Assembly (NCBI GenBank): GCA_965198235.1 | Contig: OZ240248.1 | Span: forward strand, 1,824,001 to 1,888,000 | Direction: 5' to 3' | DNA from: Candidatus Poribacteria bacterium | GTDB taxonomy: Bacteria > Poribacteria > WGA-4E > WGA-3G | Length of the DNA: 64,000 nucleotides | Shown here: positions 57,170 to 64,000 of the stretch, one piece after another | How positions within the stretch are numbered: the first letter of the stretch is position 1 | Layout: every line of letters starts with the position of its first letter | Notes under the pieces: model-generated | What the model was told of the DNA's origin: nothing | The model's database searches: none | The model's input: the letters and a program-made list of their open reading frames with translations, nothing else | Program-made: the position numbers and the translations under genes

Positions 57170-60100
57170 TTATTCTTCAAGTAAGCCTTCAACTGTCCGC
57201 TTCGCCGTTTCCATTTTCGGATAGCGAATTTCTCGATAGCCACGGACTTCCTCCACACATTCTAACGCTTGGAGATGCTTTTCGTACGTCTCAGCGTCAG
57301 TCGGTGAGAAGGTGTCAATCACGCGAGTAATATACCACTCTCGGAACGCTTTTTCCTTGGCGTGCCACTCTGGAAACCAACGTCTTAGAAACTTCATCCG
57401 TTTCATCAGATGCAGTTGCCAATTTCGTGTGTCAATGTCCTCTTCAAAGTCAAGCCCCATCACGGTAAAGTGGGGACGATTGAGATGGACATATTTAATC
57501 CTATCACCGTTTGCTGCGTCAACCTTATACAATTCCTGATCCCGCTGCAATTTTTCTTCGCTCGTTAGCAGATGTGCGACGTAAATCTCGTCTTTGATTA
57601 GCATCACCTTGTGGAGATAGCGAATCGCAGCTTTTGTCGCGCGATACTGGTACACTTCTGAGTCGTGTGCATAGACGTGTTTAATCTTTTCAACGTATAC
57701 CCGAGCGTAGTTGATATCCTCGAACTGAACCAAATCATAGATATAGAGTGCAAGTGTTCGGTGGATGCTGTCTGAATCAAGATTAAGCGTCTCTATGGTA
57801 CTTTCAACAAGTGTTACGTATTCTCGCGCTAAACGTTTCCCATTGCGTTTTTTTGCCAAGATTTGTTGTTTTGCGGAGAACATTTCGGTGTAAGTTGCCA
57901 GGGGCTTTTCTGAACGTGTATCCGCAAGAGATTTGGTGTCTTCTAATGCAAGGCGACGTCCGACAGTAAACGCTTTCATATTGGTATCCAAATCGGCGTG
58001 CGGCACCATCTGCTTAAGTGCCAATTGGAGAGGTTCCAATTCGAGAGGTATCAATTGCCGTTGAAAAGCAGTACCAAGAAGCATCATGTTCGCGTACAAC
58101 TTGTTGCCGAACAATTGCTCAGAGACTGCAAATAGATCAACCCCAAAATACGTGTCGGCGTTAGTATATGTCTGAAGTTCTTCTTCAAGGGTCTCAGGAT
58201 CGAAATTGTCTTTGCCGATGAGAGTGGTTATCGTTTCAGTTTTCGCTGTATTCACCACAGCAGTGGTTCGATTCGATGATGCGATGCGGAAGTGTGATTG
58301 TGCAGTAATCCCGCGGACCGCCTCTAAAATATCAAGTCCTAATAGGAGATCCGCTTTACCATAAGGAATCATTGGGGAAGCATGAACGTCCGGTTGCGTA
58401 TACGCGATATGTGTATAGACACCACCATTGCGAATTGCCAATCCTTTCCTATCGCAAAACGTCACGTTGTAGCCCTGAAGATAGCCTGCAACGACGAGGA
58501 CTTTCGAGATCGTCCCAATCCCCATGCCACCAACACCTGCGGCGTACATGTTCCAACACCGCTCGAACGTCGGTAGGGGTGGCGGTGGTAAGGGTTCATC
58601 ACTCAGGAGTGCACGATTGCCGAATTCTGTTATTTGCTTTTGAGGAGGACGTTTGCGTGTAACGATAACCTCTTCAAACGCAGGACATGCGTATTTAATC
58701 CGGGCGCAGGCACCATCGGAGACGCAATTTGACTGATCGATGGCGATTTTCTCGCCATAATCGGTATCAACTATTTTTAGACCGGGACATCCCGTTGCAG
58801 TGGTGCATTCTCGACAAAACTCACATACCTCAGGGGTTATATTGATATGCTTTTCGTATTTAAGAAAGCCATCTTTAGCGACTGTTTGCTGTTGTTCACG
58901 TCGGATCCGACGATGATAGGTAATCGCACACTCTTTATCGGCGATGATAATTTTGATGCCGGGTTTGAGAATCGTTTTCTCCAGATATTTTTTGTAGTTC
59001 ACCCTGTCTTCCGGGTTGGTGCGCACGATTTCTATTTCGGAATTACCGGCGAGTCCTTGTGCCACTTGCTCAATATCTTGTGCGAACGTCGGATTCCCGA
59101 GAAGGTCAAGTTCGTTAGCAGGAGTCGGTTGATGTCCGGTCATCGCTGTTGTTTGGTTGTCTAAAATAATGTAGGCGATGTCTTGGTTGTTTTTGATTGA
59201 ATCCGAAATCGCTGCCATCCCGCCGTGGAAAAAGGTTGAATCCCCCATGAAAACGACCTGCTTGTTTTTGATAAACGGGTCGATACCAGCCCCTGCACCG
59301 CCACCTAACGCCATCGCAGAAAGATTGTGCATTAGACGTGGAAATGGTTCATATTTGAGCATTGAATAGCAACCGATATCTCCATGAAAGACGAGATCGA
59401 CTGGTCCTAAATCATGATGCTTCTTCATATAGTCCGCATCCATGAATTGATTCGTAATTTCAAGGAAGACGCTCGAAGAATCACGATGAGGACAGCCCGG
59501 ACAAAAGGTTGGGGTCCGTTGCGGAATGTCGATTTGCTGTTCGGATACCTGTTTTTGGAGTGTTTCTTCACGTGAGAAATGTTCCAAATCGATTTTTGGA
59601 TTGTGGTGGGCTGCTGCGCTTACAGCAGATGTGTCTCCTGTGCCGAGGAGATGTTTGAGAAGTGGGATGAGTTTTTGAATAAGGATGGAGGCATCTAAGC
59701 CAGAAGTTACCGGGATTCCTGCCATGCCGTCTGGAAATTGTTTTCCCCACACATTTACGTATCGATCAATGTCTCCATTCTGATACCCATGGGTGATGAA
59801 TGCTTTTATTTCGTTCTCTAAAAGGGGACGTTTTTCCTCAACGACGTAGATTTCGTCAACCTGTGCAGCAAATTCTCTGATGATGTCCTTGTCGATAGGG
59901 TGCGTCATACCAAGTTTGAGAATCGGGATCTCACCGTCCAGTTGCAATTCCCCGAGTGCGTGGAGAAGGCAGCTATAAGCTAAACCAGCACTGACAAATC
60001 CAAGACGGTGCTTCTTCCGACTTGAAGTTTCTCCCATGAACTGGATTGTGTTGAGTCCAAGGTTCCGTGCTGTCTCAAGTGCGGTGGGGATCCGTTCTCT

Positions 60101-60793
60101 CAATGCCTCCACTTCGATCTGGGCAGTATGTGGAGGTAAAACAACCCGTTTATCGGCATCGATGAGTTGGGTATCCAAGTTGATTTGCTTTAAGTCGCTA
60201 ATTTCGGGATAAATATTAGGATAGAGTTCAACATCGCCACCTCCGCTTGCCTGATTTTCGGTAGTTAAGTAGCAGACATAGAGGTTCGATGCTGCGGAGA
60301 TCTGGAAGGCACAGTGAATCCAGTCCTTAAGTTCCTGAAATGTCCCAGGTTCAATAAGTGGTGTTTGGACATGCCGTGCCAAAAATCGGGAATCAGCAGG
60401 CACCTGCGTGCTGTGCGACCATGTGTCGTCACCAACAACCACGACGGCACCACCGGTTGTTCCTGCAAGGTTACTAATCGCCAGTGCATCAGAGGCGACA
60501 TGAAAGCCGACGCTTTTCATAAATGTAATCGCGCGGACATCAGCCATCTGCGAACCGTTGAGTCGCGCGATACTCAATGCCTCGTTGTTGGCTATCTGCG
60601 CGACGATGCCGTTGGTTTTCAATAACTCGGCATTGCGTTCGAGAATGTCAAATACTTCGGCGATTGGGGAGCCGGGATAACCTGTGAGAAGGCTAACACC
60701 GCTCTCTAAGGCACCCTTAACTAATAACTCGCATCCAGTATAGACATGTGTTCCGTTGGCTTGTGTAAACCTTTCGTCCATTTCTTTGCCCAT
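57170..60793 (-). CDS. Fused indolepyruvate:ferredoxin oxidoreductase family protein
   Basis: GYPGSP, FCPGCPH, GDIGC, GDST..N..TAMTG.Q TPP motif, ferredoxin Cys, GVGGMG, C-terminal VRGY. Confidence 0.9.
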   Translation of the reverse strand: MGKEMDERFTQANGTHVYTGCELLVKGALESGVSLLTGYPGSPIAEVFDILERNAELLKTNGIVAQIANNEALSIARLNGSQMADVRAITFMKSVGFHVASDALAISNLAGTTGGAVVVVGDDTWSHSTQVPADSRFLARHVQTPLIEPGTFQELKDWIHCAFQISAASNLYVCYLTTENQASGGGDVELYPNIYPEISDLKQINLDTQLIDADKRVVLPPHTAQIEVEALRERIPTALETARNLGLNTIQFMGETSSRKKHRLGFVSAGLAYSCLLHALGELQLDGEIPILKLGMTHPIDKDIIREFAAQVDEIYVVEEKRPLLENEIKAFITHGYQNGDIDRYVNVWGKQFPDGMAGIPVTSGLDASILIQKLIPLLKHLLGTGDTSAVSAAAHHNPKIDLEHFSREETLQKQVSEQQIDIPQRTPTFCPGCPHRDSSSVFLEITNQFMDADYMKKHHDLGPVDLVFHGDIGCYSMLKYEPFPRLMHNLSAMALGGGAGAGIDPFIKNKQVVFMGDSTFFHGGMAAISDSIKNNQDIAYIILDNQTTAMTGHQPTPANELDLLGNPTFAQDIEQVAQGLAGNSEIEIVRTNPEDRVNYKKYLEKTILKPGIKIIIADKECAITYHRRIRREQQQTVAKDGFLKYEKHINITPEVCEFCRECTTATGCPGLKIVDTDYGEKIAIDQSNCVSDGACARIKYACPAFEEVIVTRKRPPQKQITEFGNRALLSDEPLPPPPLPTFERCWNMYAAGVGGMGIGTISKVLVVAGYLQGYNVTFCDRKGLAIRNGGVYTHIAYTQPDVHASPMIPYGKADLLLGLDILEAVRGITAQSHFRIASSNRTTAVVNTAKTETITTLIGKDNFDPETLEEELQTYTNADTYFGVDLFAVSEQLFGNKLYANMMLLGTAFQRQLIPLELEPLQLALKQMVPHADLDTNMKAFTVGRRLALEDTKSLADTRSEKPLATYTEMFSAKQQILAKKRNGKRLAREYVTLVESTIETLNLDSDSIHRTLALYIYDLVQFEDINYARVYVEKIKHVYAHDSEVYQYRATKAAIRYLHKVMLIKDEIYVAHLLTSEEKLQRDQELYKVDAANGDRIKYVHLNRPHFTVMGLDFEEDIDTRNWQLHLMKRMKFLRRWFPEWHAKEKAFREWYITRVIDTFSPTDAETYEKHLQALECVEEVRGYREIRYPKMETAKRTVEGLLEE

Positions 60794-60794
60794 C

Positions 60795-60884
60795 CTTTTT
60801 TAATGTTCCTTGCGGTTCGGTCAGGCAGGATGTGTCAAGAACCTTCCACCCCGTATATCCAGCGCGCCCGTTGGTTGCGCTTAC
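60795..60884 (-). repeat. Family A 90-bp repeat directly upstream of the oxidoreductase start
   Basis: GTAAGCGCAACCAACGGGCGCGCTGGATATACGG..CCTGACCGAACCGCAAGGAACATTAAAAAAG. Confidence 0.85.
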
Positions 60885-60894
60885 CGTTGAAACC

Positions 60895-60950
60895 CATCAA
60901 GAACCATCGTGAAACGAAGTGGAACGATGCGCGGGGGCCAATCATTTAAA
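60895..60950 (+). repeat. Family B repeat overlapping the recN stop codon
   Basis: AAC-CATCGT-GAAACGAAGTGGA-ACGATG..ATCATTTAAAA. Confidence 0.8.
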
Positions 60951-62694
60951 AGTCGGACAGCAGTTCTCGTGCATGTGCAAGTCCTATTTCGGTTTCTTCA
61001 CCACCGTGCATTCGGGCGATTTCACTAACTTGTTCTTCTGCAGTCAACGGTTTCGCCGTAATCAGTGTACGCTCACCAATCACCTTCTTTTCAACCCGAA
61101 AATGTCTATCTGCAAAACGGGCAATCTGCGGCAAGTGTGTAATGCAAATAACCTGTGAAAATACTGAGAGTTCCTTTAACTTTTTGCCAACTACGTCTGC
61201 AACCTTGCCTCCAATACCGCTGTCGATTTCGTCAAAGAGCAGTGTAGGAATCTCATCAACTTGAATAAGCACTGTCTTTAACGCGAGCATAATGCGCGAG
61301 ATTTCACCACCTGATGCGATTCTGGTGATCGGACGCGCTTCGGATCCTACATTCGGCGCAATTAAGAACTCTACAGCGTCCATCCCGTCAGCGCGGAATG
61401 CATAGCGTTTCCCGTCTATCTGAAACGGACCCCGGTCATCCGGTATATGTCGAACGGATGCATGAAATTCCGCTTTGTCCATACCGAGTGTCCGCAACTC
61501 CTTCTCGATCCGTTCTGAAAGATGCTTAGCAACATGCTGCCGTTTCGCGGAGAGCGCAGTGCATAGGTGCTGTGCTTCTTGAATCGTTTTATGGATCTCC
61601 GTCTGCAGCAAATCCTGTTTCTCTGTGCCGAGTTGTAACGTCTCTAATTTTTCCTCTGCATCGGCGTGATAAACCAATATCTCTGGAATAGAGTTCCCGT
61701 AACGCCGTTTGAGTTTTGCTATCAATGCTAACCGATCGGTCACTTCGTCCAACCGCATTGCGTTCGATTCGACCGTTTCCGCATAGTGGCGGACCTGTGA
61801 AGCGATGTCCTCCAATTCGTAAAGCGATGATTCCAATCGATCTCCCAATTCCGAGAGGCTATCATCGATTTCGGACAATTTTATCAGTTCCTTCGCGGCA
61901 TCTCTCAAGCGTTCAAGAGGACTGCCGTAACTTCCCATTCCAGAGCCGTCATTATCCAGTTGTCGATACACATGATTCGCGGACTTACGCAACGTCTCTG
62001 CGTTCTTAAGGATACGCGCTTCATCCGCCAATGTTTCGTCCTCGCCTTCCTCCAGATGTGCCGAAGTCAGTTCTTTAATTTCAAATTCGAGGAGTTCCTT
62101 CTCCCGTTCTGATGCTTTCAAGGTCTCCGCGAGGGATGCTGTTTCTTGTTGCAGGGCTCGTAATTGCGCGTATATCTTGCCAATGTGTTGTTGTGCCTCA
62201 CTGTTGCCGCCGAAATCGTCTAAGAGCTTAAGATGCGTTTGTGTTCTAAATAACGATTGATGTTCGTGTTGACCGTGGATATCTACAAGTAATGTCCCGA
62301 GTGCTTGCAGTTGCTTCAAATTCACCAAGCGCCCGTTAACTTGGCAGCGACTCCTACCGTTCGACGTGATTCTTCTGGAGAGAATCACCGCGTCCGACGG
62401 ATCCAATACATCGCTAAAAGAATTTTTCAACATCGAATCGGCAGTTTCGTCCGAGTTTGTGTGCCAGATCGGATGCTCATCGTCAGGTGCAACGCTCGCC
62501 TCCACCTCTGCAAAATCGGCATCTTCACGGACAATATCAGCGGAGGTTCTCTCGCCCAATACCAATCCGATTGACCTGAGGATAACTGACTTGCCAGCAC
62601 CTGTTTCACCAGTGAAGATATTCAGACCTGGTGCCAGTTCCAAATCAAGTTCATCTATGAGGGCAATGTTGTGGATAGAAAGTGTGTCTATCAT
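60946..62694 (-). CDS. recN: DNA repair protein RecN
   Basis: TGETGAGKS, DIHGQHEHQ, ASGGEISR, FDEIDSG, ITHLPQ. Confidence 0.96.
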   Translation of the reverse strand: MIDTLSIHNIALIDELDLELAPGLNIFTGETGAGKSVILRSIGLVLGERTSADIVREDADFAEVEASVAPDDEHPIWHTNSDETADSMLKNSFSDVLDPSDAVILSRRITSNGRSRCQVNGRLVNLKQLQALGTLLVDIHGQHEHQSLFRTQTHLKLLDDFGGNSEAQQHIGKIYAQLRALQQETASLAETLKASEREKELLEFEIKELTSAHLEEGEDETLADEARILKNAETLRKSANHVYRQLDNDGSGMGSYGSPLERLRDAAKELIKLSEIDDSLSELGDRLESSLYELEDIASQVRHYAETVESNAMRLDEVTDRLALIAKLKRRYGNSIPEILVYHADAEEKLETLQLGTEKQDLLQTEIHKTIQEAQHLCTALSAKRQHVAKHLSERIEKELRTLGMDKAEFHASVRHIPDDRGPFQIDGKRYAFRADGMDAVEFLIAPNVGSEARPITRIASGGEISRIMLALKTVLIQVDEIPTLLFDEIDSGIGGKVADVVGKKLKELSVFSQVICITHLPQIARFADRHFRVEKKVIGERTLITAKPLTAEEQVSEIARMHGGEETEIGLAHARELLSDF

Positions 62695-62858
62695 TTTTTA
62701 AACTATTAAATCTGATCATCGTTCCACTTCGTTCCACGATGGTTTTCGGTTAATGTCGACCGCCTCTGGGTTATGAAAGGTTTCTTAATGATTCAAGATA
62801 TGCATTCTCACTGCGAAGCAACCGGACGCAGCAGCCCAGGAGCAATCGTTTAAAAAAG
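62692..62858. repeat. Two divergent Family B repeats between nadK and recN
   Basis: Minus copy TTAACCGAAAAC-CATCGT-GGAACGAAGTGGA-ACGATG..AATAGTTTAAAAAATG (recN start); plus copy ..CTCACTGCGAAGCA..CCCAGGAGCAATCGTTTAAAAAA. Confidence 0.7.
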
Positions 62859-62878
62859 CCATTCTTGATTTGAGTGCG

Positions 62879-63871
62879 TTATGTCCGTTTGATTCGCTCA
62901 CCCAACATCAGTTTTTCACGCAAGGCTCTGTAGTAACTATGGTGCTGCGAGCGAATGAGTTGAATTGTTCGTTCCGCTTTTTTCACTCTTATGACGGCAC
63001 CTGCAGTGAGGCTGTGTGTCTCACGTTGACCATCCACAAAAACATCTACACTCTGATAGGCAGCCCGCATTTTGACGGTTATTTCCGCATTGCCATCGGC
63101 GATGAATGGACGCACTGTCAAGCTATGTGGTGCGATGGGTGTCAGTAGAATCGCCTCCAACTGCGGTGCAACGATAGTGCCCGCACAGGAGAGCGAATAT
63201 CCGGTCGACCCGCTCGGCGTTGCGATGATCAGTCCATCGGCGTTATACGGTATAAAGAGTTCGCCATCGACATAAGCGTCTAATTCGATAAGACGTGTAT
63301 AGTGCCGTATCACAACATCGTTGAGTGCGAAAGCCCGAAACGGCTTTTTTAATGTTCCTTGCGGTTCGGTCAGGTTGGTTTGGCGAGAACGATTTTCCGC
63401 GTCTGTCCAGCCCTGCCCGTTGGTTGGGCTTATATCCTCTGGCCTTTGTGAATCTGGGTCTGCTTGGGCTTGGCTGTTTACAATAACCTCCAACATCATC
63501 CGATGTTCTATCCGGTAAGCACCCGTCAAAAGCGCGTTCAGTGTCGGGTAAAGTTCATCAAGTGACGCGTCCGTCAAAAATCCAAGCGTTCCGATGTTGA
63601 TCGCTAAGATCGGCACATTTTCAATCTTCGGTGTATGCGCTGCGCTCAGGAGCGTTCCATCTCCACCAAGGACGAGAAGTACATCTGATTGCTCGACTAC
63701 CTCTGTTTTGGAGATGCCGGTTTGAGGTTGCCCTAATGCGACTGCTTGCTCCTCTGACAAAAGTGGAACGATATCCTGTTCTTCCAACCATACAGACACG
63801 CCTTCGACGACACCCGCCGCGTTTGCTTTGGTAGTATTGACAAATAAACCGACCTTTTTTATTTTTTTCAT
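62879..63871 (-). CDS. nadK: NAD kinase with in-frame repeat-derived insertion
   Basis: LGGDGTLL, GTLGFL, ALND, ADGLIIATPSGSTGYSLS. Confidence 0.95.
   Translation of the reverse strand: MKKIKKVGLFVNTTKANAAGVVEGVSVWLEEQDIVPLLSEEQAVALGQPQTGISKTEVVEQSDVLLVLGGDGTLLSAAHTPKIENVPILAINIGTLGFLTDASLDELYPTLNALLTGAYRIEHRMMLEVIVNSQAQADPDSQRPEDISPTNGQGWTDAENRSRQTNLTEPQGTLKKPFRAFALNDVVIRHYTRLIELDAYVDGELFIPYNADGLIIATPSGSTGYSLSCAGTIVAPQLEAILLTPIAPHSLTVRPFIADGNAEITVKMRAAYQSVDVFVDGQRETHSLTAGAVIRVKKAERTIQLIRSQHHSYYRALREKLMLGERIKRT
63344..63433 (-). repeat. Family A 90-bp repeat inserted in frame in nadK
   Basis: Aligns end to end with 60795-60884; 31 bp identical. Confidence 0.88.
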
Positions 63872-63879
63872 GCTTTTAA

Positions 63880-64000
63880 TGGTTATCAATTGTCAGTTGT
63901 CGACTTGCCTCGCAGTGAGAGTTAAGAGCGATTTGTGACAGATAAGAATTTCGCAATCACCACATGCCCTACCGAAAACCAATCACCGAAGACCGACAAC
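63880..64000. repeat. Heptamer-ended MITE-like element
   Basis: GGTTATCAATTGTCAGTTGTCG.. / ..ACCGAAGACCGACAAC; nested TGCCTCGCAGTGAGA. Confidence 0.5.

Noticed and set aside
56158-62858. Family B repeats as integron attC sites (TTAAC...GTTA ends between successive genes)
   Set aside because: Spacing does not fit R''-L''/L'-R', orientations are mixed, flanked genes are core housekeeping genes, and there is no integrase in the window
323-63834. Numerous short antisense or alternate-frame ORFs in the track
   Set aside because: They overlap well-supported genes and show no motifs; treated as shadow ORFs
1-64000. CRISPR array
   Set aside because: Repeats are dispersed; no regularly spaced direct repeats with unique spacers and no cas genes

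Overview
Bacterial chromosomal window. The gene repertoire (four PhyH dioxygenases, a membrane-anchored ECF sigma factor fused to a beta-propeller, Kelch/TPR proteins, an 'A-V/I-x-x-x-GK-L/M-x-T-x-WG-x-K' C-terminal tail, a sulfatase-fold enzyme) suggests Candidatus Poribacteria; this is an inference. Three zones: (1) 0.5-21.5 kb is accessory DNA with an IS5-family element, decayed toxin-antitoxin and defence genes and several truncated genes; (2) 21.8-34.8 kb is an envelope/secretion cluster (PorV-like barrel, FlgD-Ig/T9SS-like tail proteins, barrel-fused SppA, pcm, YCF48-like); (3) 35-64 kb is mostly housekeeping (thrB, uppS, rsgA, aroE, fused indolepyruvate oxidoreductase, recN, nadK). I found no rRNA, tRNA or CRISPR array. 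Best leads: a 235-bp ORF-less element with IscB/HEARO-type ends and a pseudoknot-rich interior sitting between the SD and ATG of uppS; a modular set of small hairpin repeats with covarying stems that supply starts and stops and insert in frame into nadK; an intact P-type ATPase with every catalytic motif replaced; a sulfatase-fold protein with Thr at the formylglycine position; and a HEPN-like domain fused to a VapC antitoxin tail. Family assignments come from motif recognition by eye, not database searches.
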